In this document: piece by piece, positions 30,024 through 41,116 of the stretch
Position numbering within the stretch: the first letter of the stretch is position 1
Layout of the letters: each line of letters starts with the position of its first letter
Assembly: GCA_963826535.1 (NCBI GenBank)
Contig: CAWGXL010000010.1
Location: 298,814 to 362,813, forward strand
Direction: 5' to 3'
Length of the DNA stretch: 64,000 bases
Origin: an uncultured bacterium
GTDB taxonomy: Bacteria; Patescibacteriota; Microgenomatia; Levybacterales; UBA12049
The notes under the pieces: model-generated
What the model was told of the DNA's origin: nothing
Databases searched by the model: none
Seen by the model: only the letters and a program-made list of their open reading frames with translations
Made by a program: the position numbers and the translations under genes

Positions 30024-31739
30024 CCGGATTATTAATGCAATTCCTAATACAGTTGCAGATAAAGCACTTATCCATTTTGCAATTCTACGTTCTAAAGAAT
30101 CCGTAAATATTACTTCTACTTTATGTAATCCTTTACCTAATTTAAAAATAATAACACCAGGATAATGTTTATTTTTGTAATTAATTTGTGTTTCTATATT
30201 ATCTACCAACACTTTCCAGCCAGGAAAATAATATGTATTTTCCTTAAGTTCAACTTTTGATTTTGCAGAGATGATATATTCATGATTCGTAATTAAATGT
30301 GATAATTCAACAATTTCAGCATTTCCAGACAAAATTTCAATATGCTTGTTGGGTATTTTACCAATCCACGGTTTATATTTATCTACCCAAATAGGCGTAA
30401 GTGCATTAACTTGCCCAATATAATCGTCAAAAACCATTTGATTTCTGAGAACGGCGTCCGCTGTTTGCGGCATCGCTTTTCTATTTCCCCAATTTAAAAT
30501 CGTGTAAGCAATTGTTATAAAACACAGTAAAATAAAGAATTTTTTATTAGTATAAGTTTTAATAACAATTGCCGCAATTACTCCGATCACGATAATTACC
30601 TGGATTGATAATCGCCACGAAAACTGAAAATTGTTAATAATAGGAATAATATCCCAAAGTGGTTTTGTAAAAGATTGCATCATTAAAAATAAAATGAAGA
30701 ATATTATTATAGAACTTGTTAACACTATTTTCGCTTTCCCATGAACTTTTTTCTTTAAAAGAATAAAAATACCTATAAAAACAACTAGCCATTGTGTATA
30801 TCCAATGCTCGTATAAATTTCACCCTTATTTCCCTGAAATAATAAACCAAATAGATTTGGTGGATAGAAAAAATCGCGGAAAGAATGAAAAGATATCACA
30901 ACCTCTGTTCCATAAGCAGTGTACTTGCTTTCTATAAGAACAGGTATCCAATAAAAAGCAGTCAAAAGTAAACCATTTATAAAAGCAAAAATCATATGTA
31001 ATAGTATCTTAATATTTTTTTTCTTGTATCTTAACCACACACTAAATCCATAAATAATAAGAAAAGGGAAAGAAGCTAATGAGGTTACCTGATGCGAAAG
31101 GATCAACAAAGCAAAAAGAATAGAAGTATAAATAAAAAAAATAGAATACCTGGTTTCTACAAAACGCTTGGTAGTTAAAAATAAAAAGGGCAGAATAGCC
31201 ATTGAAACTAATTCGGCAATACTAACTCGAAAATGCAAATCAATTAGATGATATGGGGCAAATAGATAAAAAACAGCAGCCGCAAATCCTGATTTATCTC
31301 CGAATTCATCCTTCATCCATAAATACATACCTATCCCTGAAAGAATAAAGGAAATGGCAATGAGTATTTTCGCACTTGTGATAAATGAAAAGCCCAAAAC
31401 ATGAATAATTGAGATAAGATAATGAGATAATAAAAATGTAAATATAAAATCCGGACAGCCATAACCTGAGCATTGTTTCTCGATCCAGGCGGGAATTAAT
31501 TGTCCCTGTTTAAGATTTTCAAAAAATTGCATTGCGAATTTTACATGAAAATTAAGATCACCGCTCTCATAAGAACCAATTCGCAAAATACTAACAAGCG
31601 GTAATAAAGAAATAATTATTAATAAAAATAGAAAATTAATTCTTTTTTTAGGATAAACTTTAGTGTATAGTAACAAGCCTGCAATAAGAATTGCTGAAAT
31701 TATAAGATTCACGACGATCATTCTATAAGGATCAAGCAT
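29991..31739 (-). CDS. Multi-pass membrane protein, GT-C-like (YfhO / PTPS-related)
   Basis: Many TM segments; FYLFAPYHL, FYWIP, FQFSWR and C-terminal YYFPGWKVLVD. Confidence 0.75.
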   Translation of the reverse strand: MLDPYRMIVVNLIISAILIAGLLLYTKVYPKKRINFLFLLIIISLLPLVSILRIGSYESGDLNFHVKFAMQFFENLKQGQLIPAWIEKQCSGYGCPDFIFTFLLSHYLISIIHVLGFSFITSAKILIAISFILSGIGMYLWMKDEFGDKSGFAAAVFYLFAPYHLIDLHFRVSIAELVSMAILPFLFLTTKRFVETRYSIFFIYTSILFALLILSHQVTSLASFPFLIIYGFSVWLRYKKKNIKILLHMIFAFINGLLLTAFYWIPVLIESKYTAYGTEVVISFHSFRDFFYPPNLFGLLFQGNKGEIYTSIGYTQWLVVFIGIFILLKKKVHGKAKIVLTSSIIIFFILFLMMQSFTKPLWDIIPIINNFQFSWRLSIQVIIVIGVIAAIVIKTYTNKKFFILLCFITIAYTILNWGNRKAMPQTADAVLRNQMVFDDYIGQVNALTPIWVDKYKPWIGKIPNKHIEILSGNAEIVELSHLITNHEYIISAKSKVELKENTYYFPGWKVLVDNIETQINYKNKHYPGVIIFKLGKGLHKVEVIFTDSLERRIAKWISALSATVLGIALIIRLKRFIPKRQI

Positions 31740-31775
31740 ACTGATATAATATACATCAGTGAACTAAACAGCAAC

Positions 31776-32225
31776 ATGAAAATTTATTTTCTTAAAAAAG
31801 TAATTTTTTATATACTTTTCGCTATATGGATTTTCCTTGCCATTTTTAGTCTGTTTTATAATGCCGGAAAAACAATTTCGGAAATGAATGAATGGGCTTA
31901 CTTATCCGATAGCGAAAAAAGGCTTAAAATTTTTGGGGATTTGCATAACTTTTTCATTTTAATAAAAGACAATACAGAAGAAAAGTCTAATATATTTATT
32001 CTTTCTAAAGACATAAAAACTCCTTACCTTAGCATATATTATTTATATCCTCGAACTATTACTACCACAGATGATAAAAGCAAATTCATAAAAACAGCCC
32101 TTGCTCAAAAACATTTATATTTAGCGGTATATAAACAGGTTATTAAACTTGAAAACTATGAAAGGGTCGCTTCTTTTTCCTCGAAAACGAGCTCTGATTT
32201 TGGTTATCTTTATAAAAGAAAATGA
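31776..32225 (+). CDS. Hypothetical membrane-anchored protein
   Basis: N-terminal TM helix; YYLYPR motif; overlaps the start of the next gene. Confidence 0.7.
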   Translation: MKIYFLKKVIFYILFAIWIFLAIFSLFYNAGKTISEMNEWAYLSDSEKRLKIFGDLHNFFILIKDNTEEKSNIFILSKDIKTPYLSIYYLYPRTITTTDDKSKFIKTALAQKHLYLAVYKQVIKLENYERVASFSSKTSSDFGYLYKRK

Positions 32226-33532
32226 ATATTATTATTACATTGATTACTATTCTATTTATAACAGCCGTTGGTTTTGCCATTATTCGTGGCTTTAATTTAA
32301 TTTCAAATAAGGACAAGTTATTGAGTATTGCTTGCTCATATGGATTAGGCGTAGGTCTAATTTCAATGCAGTTGTATGTCTTTTCACGATTAAACTTCCC
32401 CTGGCACAAAGAACTATTAATTTATCCTTGGCTTATTTTAGTAGGAGTTATTTTATTCAGAAGTAGAAATCGAATAAATTTTAAGCTACCTTTATTTCCA
32501 AAATTCACTAACTTACAAATTTTCTTACTTTGTGGAATATTAGTTGCTTGTAGTTACACCATTTTTGAGGCTTTAATTCGTCCTGTTACAGTTTGGGACG
32601 GATGGGCTATTTGGCTTCTTAAATCTAAGATATTTTTTCTTGATGGCACAATTGATCCTGAAATGCTTAATTATATAAAATCCGACTACCCATTAATAAT
32701 TAGTCTTTTAGGAACATTTATTTATATTATATTAGGTAGGGTAGATGATACCGCAGTACTTATTACATCTACCGCTTTCTATTTAGCTCTAGCATTATTA
32801 TTTTTGTCAGCTGTGAAAAAAAAGTTTGGTTTTACTTATGCACTGTTATTTACGTTTCTCTTAGTTACTACGCAAAATTTTGTCAGACATGGTGGTAGGC
32901 TCGAAGCTGGTCTGGCAGATTTAGCACTGGGATATTATGCTTTTGCCTGTTTCATTTTATTAATAATTTATCTGAAAACAAGTAGTGGAAAACTGTTATT
33001 ATTACTTAATATATTTTTAGGAATTACTACACTCATTAAATTTGAAGGTGTAACAATAACTCTGCTTTTATCATGTTTTATGTTTTATCATATTACTAAA
33101 AATAGACTATATAGTCATTTCATATTTTTTCTTATTTGGTTTATACCCTTTACGGATTGGCAGACATATAAAAAAATTCACCTTGCAAGTGTAAATTATT
33201 TTACCGCTCATAAATTTGAATTTTCTATATCCAAAACACTTAACGTTTTTTCGGGGACATTTAAAGAATTAATAAATGTAAAAAGCTGGAACATGCTTTG
33301 GATAATCTATTTTTATACACTTTTTATTTTTAAAATAACTAAAAATAAAGAGCTTATGATATTAAATACTATAATTCTTTTTCAATTTGCTGTATATATA
33401 ATAATTTACATATTTACCTCTGGTAACTCTCCTGAAAGCTCGATAGAAAGGTTATTAATTCATATTGCGCCTCTCGCTTTATATTCCGTAGCTATATTAT
33501 TTAATAACAATCAACCTGAAAAGTCCCGCTAA
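32222..33532 (+). CDS. Multi-pass membrane protein, GT-C-like
   Basis: WDGWAIWLLK, DYP, LADL, IKFEG; about 11 hydrophobic segments. Confidence 0.72.
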   Translation: MNIIITLITILFITAVGFAIIRGFNLISNKDKLLSIACSYGLGVGLISMQLYVFSRLNFPWHKELLIYPWLILVGVILFRSRNRINFKLPLFPKFTNLQIFLLCGILVACSYTIFEALIRPVTVWDGWAIWLLKSKIFFLDGTIDPEMLNYIKSDYPLIISLLGTFIYIILGRVDDTAVLITSTAFYLALALLFLSAVKKKFGFTYALLFTFLLVTTQNFVRHGGRLEAGLADLALGYYAFACFILLIIYLKTSSGKLLLLLNIFLGITTLIKFEGVTITLLLSCFMFYHITKNRLYSHFIFFLIWFIPFTDWQTYKKIHLASVNYFTAHKFEFSISKTLNVFSGTFKELINVKSWNMLWIIYFYTLFIFKITKNKELMILNTIILFQFAVYIIIYIFTSGNSPESSIERLLIHIAPLALYSVAILFNNNQPEKSR

Positions 33533-35369
33533 ATGATTTTAATATTCCTGGAATAGCAAATTTTTTTACAACAATCAGTTTTTTCATCCTCTTATTTTTT
33601 TTATTAAAATTAATATTCCTTTCTATCAATGTCTCTATTTTATCCGCATTTTCATAGTTTTCAACAATAAAGACCTTTTTAGTTTCATTCGTATAAGGCA
33701 ATTTGATATACATGGGATTTTTTAAGTAATAGGACGATGGTTTTATAGCGGATTCAATATAACTGTTTTTTATAATATCCCGCGTATCAATATCATACAC
33801 TTTACAATCAGTATCATTACTATTTTGAATCTTTTTATCAGGTTGGAATATGAGTATCAGATACTTTTTTTTATTTTCGTAAACTGAATAATTACTAAAT
33901 ATCCATTTTGTTACAAGTGGATTTCTTGAAAAATTAGGAATATCATCAAGACTTAAAGCGCTTATTGAATCTATACTCAATATAATATATTTAGGTGGAG
34001 ACCCACTTAGTTTTTCTACCGCTTTTTTCTCAACAATAGAACTGGAGTACTCATAAAATTGTAGAGGAAGTGTATTAAATGTTGTGCTATATATATTAAG
34101 AAGATAACTGTCATAAGGATAAACTAAAACATTCTGTGGATTATCTTTTATAAGAGACTCAAAATATTGAAAATCATACTTCGTAAAAGAATAATCTCCG
34201 GTTAATTTATAAATATCAAAAAATGATATATTTTCTGTAGCCAAAGCAATTGACAATTTAAAATATTTTATCGAGATATTAGAATAATAATTTTCTTTAA
34301 AAGGTATCAATATATAAAAAATCAAAAAAATAAATATAATAATTAATCTTAATTTCTCCCGTAATATAAAATAAAAAAGTATAAATAAAATAATTAGACT
34401 TGGATATATGCCCATAATAATATGATCTTCATCTGGCCTGATAAATGCTGACTTTAATTGAATTAATGCTACTAGAGTTAGAAAAATAAAAGTCTGCTTA
34501 ATATTTTTCTTTATTCGTGTTTTCCTAATTGCATAAATCAATAATAACGTTAGGGCTATAGGAAACAAAAATAAAATAGTACTTCGATTAAATGACAAGG
34601 GTAAATTCATAACATATTGATAATTTTTAATGGTATCAAGCGAATAAACTAAATAATTAAAACTACCACTAATAAGGAAACTAATTATTAATTCAATAAA
34701 TATAATCAATCCAATTTGAATTACACTAATAAAAATTAATTTTCTAAGTAGTCTTTTGTTATTTTTCTCGTGATAAGTAGTATAAATCTTGTATATAATA
34801 AAAAGAACGGATATCATCAAACACGTAACTAAAATATCAAAACTATACATACCAAAAATTGGAGGTAAAATGAAAATTGCTAAGTTTTTCAAAGTAGGCG
34901 TATTTTTTAGAGGATCAAAGCGTAAAAGAAGTAAGCTATAAAAAAAAGTGAGTAGAATTCTAAAAAGAGTATTGCTATCATATGCAATTAGACCTATAAA
35001 AAAAAAGAGGTAACAAGTAAGAATAATTTGCTCATTCCGGTCCTTTGTTATCAATTTAATGATAAAATAAAGTAAAATAACACAAAATACTGTTATAAGA
35101 ATTGGAGCGTAAAGTACGGAAATATATGAACTTTGCCCAAATATTAATGCAGGGATAGCATAAATAAATTGAAACAATGGACCATATGTAAATATAAAAT
35201 CTCGCCCTGCAATATAACCATGTAATAGTCTTTCAACATTATCTGTTTGCCATGAAAAATCAAGAGTATTAGTAAGCAAAATAACATTACTTATTTGGCC
35301 ACCCAGTAATAAAAGTTTTAAAAAAACAGAAAGTGTAATGATAAAGATTAATATAAAGCCGACAATCAT
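33501..35369 (-). CDS. Multi-pass membrane protein, GT-C-like
   Basis: LDFSWQ..GRDFIFTYGPL, FIRPDEDH, many TM segments and a C-terminal soluble domain. Confidence 0.68.
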   Translation of the reverse strand: MIVGFILIFIITLSVFLKLLLLGGQISNVILLTNTLDFSWQTDNVERLLHGYIAGRDFIFTYGPLFQFIYAIPALIFGQSSYISVLYAPILITVFCVILLYFIIKLITKDRNEQIILTCYLFFFIGLIAYDSNTLFRILLTFFYSLLLLRFDPLKNTPTLKNLAIFILPPIFGMYSFDILVTCLMISVLFIIYKIYTTYHEKNNKRLLRKLIFISVIQIGLIIFIELIISFLISGSFNYLVYSLDTIKNYQYVMNLPLSFNRSTILFLFPIALTLLLIYAIRKTRIKKNIKQTFIFLTLVALIQLKSAFIRPDEDHIIMGIYPSLIILFILFYFILREKLRLIIIFIFLIFYILIPFKENYYSNISIKYFKLSIALATENISFFDIYKLTGDYSFTKYDFQYFESLIKDNPQNVLVYPYDSYLLNIYSTTFNTLPLQFYEYSSSIVEKKAVEKLSGSPPKYIILSIDSISALSLDDIPNFSRNPLVTKWIFSNYSVYENKKKYLILIFQPDKKIQNSNDTDCKVYDIDTRDIIKNSYIESAIKPSSYYLKNPMYIKLPYTNETKKVFIVENYENADKIETLIERNINFNKKNKRMKKLIVVKKFAIPGILKSFSGTFQVDCY

Positions 35370-35444
35370 AATTAATAATAATGGGGCAACTAAATGTAAC
35401 TTTACTGTTTACATTTTATAGTTTTTCTAATAAGATTGCCATAT

Positions 35445-36508
35445 ATGGAAAAAACACTAATCGTTACAGGTGGTTGTGGCTTCATAGGTACCAACATCTC
35501 ACTATTAGCAAAAAAAAAGGTTACTCCGTAACAGTTTTTGACTCACTTATTCGTCCGCACACCGAAGAAAATGCTGAAATACTTAAAAAAGCAAATATAC
35601 AGATAATTAGAGGAGACGTAAGAAACTTGCATGATATTGAAAGACTACCAAAAAAAGCCACTGGTATTATACATCTCGCTGCAAATCCGGGAATACCCTG
35701 GTCAATCAAATGGCCGTCATATGATTTTGCAGCCAACGCTCTAGGCACACTTAATATACTTGAATTTTCAAGATTAAATCATAAAATTCCTATTATTTTT
35801 GCTTCTACAAACAAAATATATTCGGAAGAAATAAACATAATTCCCGTTACCGAACTAAAATCCCGTTATATATGGAACTTTAATAAAATAAATAAGAAAT
35901 CCACAAGGAGTACGATTTTAGAAGGGATAACGAAAAAAGGTGTCAATGAAAATTTTCCAATGGATAGTTCTGGAAAATTTCCCCACAGTCCATATGGCGT
36001 ATCAAAAGCCACGGGAGATCTTTATTGTCAGGAATATTTTCATATTTATGGTGTACCTACAGTTATAAATCGAATGTCATGCGTTTACGGTTTATATCAG
36101 AAAGGAGTTGAGGATCAAGGCTGGCTTGATTGGTTTGTGCAGGCGAAAATAAACAATTTACCGCTTAACATTTACGGTGATGGTAAGCAGGTTAGAGATA
36201 GCGTTTTTGGTACAGATATAGCGGAATTGTATCTTTTACAATTGGAAAACATTCGTAAAGTCAAAGGTCAGGTATTTAATATCGGCGGAGGTCTAAAAAA
36301 TACAATAAGTCTTATTGAGACAATAGATTATTTGAATAGTAAAGGAGGAAAAAAACTAGATCTTACTTTCAAACCTTGGCGACCTGCTGACCAAAAAGTT
36401 TATATCACGGATATTTCCAAAATTAAGAAACATCTAGGTTGGGAGCCCAGGGTAAGTGTATCTAAAGGACTTGATCAAATTTGGGCACAATACATGAGGA
36501 AATACTAA
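35445..36508 (+). CDS. NAD-dependent sugar epimerase/dehydratase, CDP-paratose 2-epimerase-like (-1 frameshift at an A9 run, 35510-35518)
   Basis: True N-terminus MEKTLIVTGGCGFIG lies in another frame from ATG 35445; downstream HLAA, STNKIY, SPYGVSK, RMSCVYG, EDQGW, GDGKQVRD. Confidence 0.88.
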
Positions 36509-37209
36509 TTTGATTTTTTTAATCCATATAAATACCACCTTAAATAAAAACGCAAATTTCTAAACAATCTAAACTTTGAAACACCTTTCTCTCGGTCTTT
36601 CCATATCGTTGGAATCTCTGCTATTTTTAAATTCTTCTTATATGCTTTAACAGTTAATTCCAAAGGTAATTCAAATCCCTCCTCACTTTCAATAATAATG
36701 TCTTTGAGTATTGATCTTTTAAAACACTTGAATGCGTTTGTAGCATCGTGTGTCGGTAATCCAGTGAGTAATCTCAAGCTCTTACAGGCAATTAAGGATA
36801 ATAGTCCCTTTATCATTGGCCCGCCAACCCGTTTCCCATGTCTGCTGTATCGAGACGCACATACTAGGTCAAAACCATTATTAATTTCTAAAACCATTTT
36901 ATCTATGTCCCTAGGATCGTCGGAAAGATCTGCCATCATGATAGTAATTATAGAAGCTTTGGTATTATTAAAGCCATACTTGAGAGCTTTCAACATGCCT
37001 TTTCCATCTTTCGTAAAAAGCACATTAATATTTTTTATTTTTGTTTCAAGTTTTTTTATCTCCTTTAATGTTGGATCGTTTTTGTCTTGTAACACAATTG
37101 TTATTACATGTTCGGTTTTGACATATTTATGAATTTGCTCTAATACTTTTTCAATATTGTTCTGCTCGTAATAGGTTGGTAGTATAATATCAAGAAGAGC
37201 TTGTGTCAT
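36505..37209 (-). CDS. Glycosyltransferase family 2, polyprenol-phosphate glycosyltransferase-like
   Basis: IILPTYYE, MMADLSDDP, DLVCASRY, DATNAFK, EIPTIWKDR. Confidence 0.9.
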   Translation of the reverse strand: MTQALLDIILPTYYEQNNIEKVLEQIHKYVKTEHVITIVLQDKNDPTLKEIKKLETKIKNINVLFTKDGKGMLKALKYGFNNTKASIITIMMADLSDDPRDIDKMVLEINNGFDLVCASRYSRHGKRVGGPMIKGLLSLIACKSLRLLTGLPTHDATNAFKCFKRSILKDIIIESEEGFELPLELTVKAYKKNLKIAEIPTIWKDREKGVSKFRLFRNLRFYLRWYLYGLKKSN

Positions 37210-37258
37210 AATGCAAATTATATGTTAGGCTGAGTAATAATTCAATGAAGTAATTACC

Positions 37259-39802
37259 ATGAAGATATCTTTTGTTACCACAATATTTAATGAGGAAAAA
37301 ACAATAGAGAAGTTTCTTGACTCACTATTTTCGCAAACCCAATTACCGGATGAAATTATTATTGTAGATGGGGGAAGCACTGACCATACAATCGCTAAGC
37401 TGGAAAATCACAAAGAAAAATTTTTACTTTTAATTAAAAAAGGCAATAGATCGGTCGGTAGAAATGTAGCAATTAAGCACGCTAAAGGTGATATAATTGT
37501 CTGTTCCGATGCCGGAAATATATTGGATAAAAAATGGTTAGAGAATATCACAAAGCCTTTTAAAGATAAAAATAATGATGTCGTTGCAGGTTTCTACAAA
37601 GGAAAAGCGGAAAATATTTTACAAAAATGTTTAATTCCTTATGCCCTTGTAATGCCCGATAAAGTCGACCCCAATAACTTCCTCCCTTCCGCCCGTTCAA
37701 TGGCCTTTAAGAAATCTATCTGGAAAAAAATCGGTGGATTCCCGGAAAAATATAGTCATAATGAGGATTATGTTTTCGCCAATCAACTTAAAAAAATAAA
37801 TGCAAGTATTTTTTTCGCCAAAGACGCGATTGTGTATTGGTTCCCTAGAAACACGTTCAATGAAGCGTTTAATATGTTTTACCGTTTTGCATTAGGCGAC
37901 ATTGAAGCAAAAATATTCCGCTCCAAAGTATTACTGCTTTTCGCGCGTTATTTTCTCGGATTATATTTAATTTTTTTATCAATTTTATATCAATCAGTCA
38001 TAGGCGAGGTTATAATTCTTAGTATTTTTATAATTTATCTACTTTGGGCAATTCAGAAAAACTATAGATATGTACTAGATATTCGCGCCCTTTACTTACT
38101 TCCTGCAATTCAACTTACTTCAGACGCTGCAGTCATATTTGGATCTGTAGTTGGTTTGTTAAAAATAATAATACAGTTTAATTATCTTACTTTTATAAAA
38201 CAAAACAAATTATTATTTGTTATTCTGACTATATATATTTCATTTCTAGTATTCACCTTAAAATGGGGGATACCCAATCAAAATCACCCATTCCCCTACC
38301 ATATGGATGAATGGCATCAACTGCAGGCAGTAGCAAATACTTTCAGATTTGGAACACCTAATACTGTAGGATCAGCCAATGGAACCATGTTCCATTTTCT
38401 CTTTTCCGGCTTTTACCTCCTACCCTTCACATTACTTCAAATCATAAATCCCTTTGAACTTCAAATCGATAATTTTCAGATGCGGGAAAGAATATTTGAA
38501 ATTTTTAGATTTCAAACAATAATTTTTGGATCATTTTCAATATTAATTATCAATAAAATTGCGCAGTTGATTAATGCGTCAAAAAAATTGGTGATAACCT
38601 TGTTTACATTTTCTCCAATTTGGTTGATACTTAGCGGCTATTTTAAATATGATATTGCTCTCATTTTTTGGATTTTATTTTCATTATATTATATCGTTAA
38701 ATTTTCTAAATTACCTAGCAATCGAAATTTCATAATTGCCGCAATACCGGCAAGTTTAGCTATTGCAATAAAAGTAAGCGCTATTCCGCTATTACCGATC
38801 TATATTTTTTCATTTTTCCTATTTAGTCCATCTATTAGAAAAAACATCAAATTTTTATTTATAGGTGTTATTATTTTTATCTTTACACTTCTTTTGTTTG
38901 GCTTTCCTGACACATTATTTGGGAAAGGGAATTTATTACTATACCTTTTCGAGAACATTGTTCAAGGCCCGCAATCGTCATCAAATTTTATTTTAGGAAT
39001 GTCCCCATACACATTTCTGATCCTAAGACATTACCCTGTAATTTTTGGTCATGGTTTAATTTTCCTGTTTATCATTTCATGTATATTTTGGATCTATATA
39101 TGGTCAAAGAATGGATTTAGTAAATATAAACATGTGCTGTTTCTTTTCTTTTGTTTTTTAATTTTTTTTATTAGTATCCTGCCCCTAAAAATTTACGCAG
39201 GTGGAAACAGAAGTCTTGTTCTTTTACCATTTTTTACACTGCTTGTTTCTTTAACCTGGGGCGAATTCAAAATATGGCCAAGGCTAAAGCTCTTGGTATT
39301 AGTTATGTTAATTATCGCTCTAAGTTTACAGATATATGAATCGTCATTATGGGCAGCAATTAAGATTGGCAACAGCCCCCAAGAAGTATCATCGGAATGG
39401 ATACAAAAAAATATACCCAAAAATTCTACAATCGGTATAGAGAATGTCCCAATATATCAAAATATCCCGGATATAATTCAAAAAGAATTTTACTTTGATC
39501 AATATAATATAAATCAAGAAAAAAGATATAAATATCAAATAATCGATGCCGAGTCCGGATCATTACCACAATATATTGTAATTACTTCCGGGGATATTGA
39601 AAAAAAACTTGTTAAAGAATCACCAAAAAAGGACTTGTTAAATAGACTTAGTAAAGAAAAATATATAATATTGATTTCCTTTTCGCCCATTGCAATAAAA
39701 TATTTACCTTTAATAAATGATGTAGATTACTATTTCAGCTGGCTGGGAGCCCCTCCACTAACAACTACCATTTATGTATATCCAATCCTTGTGAAACAGT
39801 AA
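37259..39802 (+). CDS. Fusion of a GT2 glycosyltransferase and a multi-TM GT-C (ArnT/PMT-like) domain
   Basis: N-terminal FNEE..IIVDGGSTD..SDAG..GGF..ED; C-terminal half has YHMDE, KYD, IKVS and many TM segments. Confidence 0.8.
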   Translation: MKISFVTTIFNEEKTIEKFLDSLFSQTQLPDEIIIVDGGSTDHTIAKLENHKEKFLLLIKKGNRSVGRNVAIKHAKGDIIVCSDAGNILDKKWLENITKPFKDKNNDVVAGFYKGKAENILQKCLIPYALVMPDKVDPNNFLPSARSMAFKKSIWKKIGGFPEKYSHNEDYVFANQLKKINASIFFAKDAIVYWFPRNTFNEAFNMFYRFALGDIEAKIFRSKVLLLFARYFLGLYLIFLSILYQSVIGEVIILSIFIIYLLWAIQKNYRYVLDIRALYLLPAIQLTSDAAVIFGSVVGLLKIIIQFNYLTFIKQNKLLFVILTIYISFLVFTLKWGIPNQNHPFPYHMDEWHQLQAVANTFRFGTPNTVGSANGTMFHFLFSGFYLLPFTLLQIINPFELQIDNFQMRERIFEIFRFQTIIFGSFSILIINKIAQLINASKKLVITLFTFSPIWLILSGYFKYDIALIFWILFSLYYIVKFSKLPSNRNFIIAAIPASLAIAIKVSAIPLLPIYIFSFFLFSPSIRKNIKFLFIGVIIFIFTLLLFGFPDTLFGKGNLLLYLFENIVQGPQSSSNFILGMSPYTFLILRHYPVIFGHGLIFLFIISCIFWIYIWSKNGFSKYKHVLFLFFCFLIFFISILPLKIYAGGNRSLVLLPFFTLLVSLTWGEFKIWPRLKLLVLVMLIIALSLQIYESSLWAAIKIGNSPQEVSSEWIQKNIPKNSTIGIENVPIYQNIPDIIQKEFYFDQYNINQEKRYKYQIIDAESGSLPQYIVITSGDIEKKLVKESPKKDLLNRLSKEKYIILISFSPIAIKYLPLINDVDYYFSWLGAPPLTTTIYVYPILVKQ

Positions 39803-39883
39803 AAAGTTAATTACCCAAACAATGTTCCTCCTGAGTGAGGGGGAGTAGTATAAAACAACTCAACTGGTATAATATTAATAAAT

Positions 39884-41116
39884 ATGGGCTACACAAAAGA
39901 TGCCGTCAAAGGCATATCATGGATAGCGGTTCTTCGTATTTCAACTCGTGCAGTCGCCTTTCTCAAAACGGTTATTCTTGCCAGGATACTTGTGCCATCG
40001 CAGTTCGGTGCTTATGGAGTTGCGCTATTGGTTGTAGGGTTTCTGGAAGTAATGACTGAAACAGGTGTAAATGTACTTCTTATCCAGGAAAAAGAATCAG
40101 ATAAATATATAAATTCAGCATGGTTTGTTTCTATTATTCGGGGAATTATTATCGCACTAATTATTATTTTATTTACGCCTTTTATCGCTGATTTTTTCCA
40201 TTCGCCCGAATCCAAAATTTTATTGTATACGATGAGTATGGTTCCATTTCTCCGTGGATTTATTAACCCATCAATTGTAAATTTTCAAAAGCAACTTAAC
40301 TTCAACCTTGAATTTCGGTATAGATTTTCTATTTTTCTACTGGACTCAATTGTAGCGATCATACTCACATTAATAACACAAGATCCAATAGGTATAGTGT
40401 ACGGTATGATTGCCGGAGTTATACTGGAAGTATTACTTTCATATTTTATTGTAAAACCTATACCCCACTTTACCTTAAATTCTGATTACATCTCTAAAAT
40501 TCTTCATAGAGGCAAGTGGGTTACTGCTAGCGGAATTTTTAATTATTTATTTCACAACGCGGATAATATTGTAGTCGGCAGACTACTTGGAACATCTTCA
40601 CTTGGTATTTATCAAATAGCTTATTCACTTTCAATTCTCCCCATTACAGAAATTGCCGATGTCTTCTCCCGGGTCACATTTCCTGTATACACCAAAATTG
40701 CCGGAGACAAAGCTCGTTTGCGCAAAGCATTTATTAAAACACAGCTGGTAATAGCCTCTCTTACAATTCCATTAGGTATTATTCTATTTATATTCCCTAC
40801 AGAAATTGTTTCTTTAATCTTGGGAGAGAAGTGGCTGGGTGCAGTAGTTATCCTCCCAACTCTGGCAGTTTTTGGTGTAATTAGAGCTACTTCCGGATCT
40901 GCCTCAGCACTTTTTTTAGCTGTTGGCAAACAAGAGTATGTTACCGCTGCTACTTTAGTTAGCACATTAGGTCTTATAATTCCACTTATCCCGCTGGTTA
41001 TGAAATATGGCATTTATGGAGCTGCATTATCAGCATTAATAGGTTCTATTGCCGCTGTCCCTGTTTTCGTATATTATGCATTGAAAGTATTAAATACAAA
41101 AGATGAAAAGCGTTGA
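39884..41116 (+). CDS. Wzx-type oligosaccharide flippase (WzxC-like)
   Basis: ILARILVPSQFG, ADNIVVGRLLGTSSLGIYQIAY; about 11 TM segments. Confidence 0.9.
   Translation: MGYTKDAVKGISWIAVLRISTRAVAFLKTVILARILVPSQFGAYGVALLVVGFLEVMTETGVNVLLIQEKESDKYINSAWFVSIIRGIIIALIIILFTPFIADFFHSPESKILLYTMSMVPFLRGFINPSIVNFQKQLNFNLEFRYRFSIFLLDSIVAIILTLITQDPIGIVYGMIAGVILEVLLSYFIVKPIPHFTLNSDYISKILHRGKWVTASGIFNYLFHNADNIVVGRLLGTSSLGIYQIAYSLSILPITEIADVFSRVTFPVYTKIAGDKARLRKAFIKTQLVIASLTIPLGIILFIFPTEIVSLILGEKWLGAVVILPTLAVFGVIRATSGSASALFLAVGKQEYVTAATLVSTLGLIIPLIPLVMKYGIYGAALSALIGSIAAVPVFVYYALKVLNTKDEKR

Noticed and set aside
35381-35444. ORF-track N-terminus MGQLNVTLL... of the epimerase
   Set aside because: It lacks the GxxGxxG motif, which is encoded in another frame starting at ATG 35445
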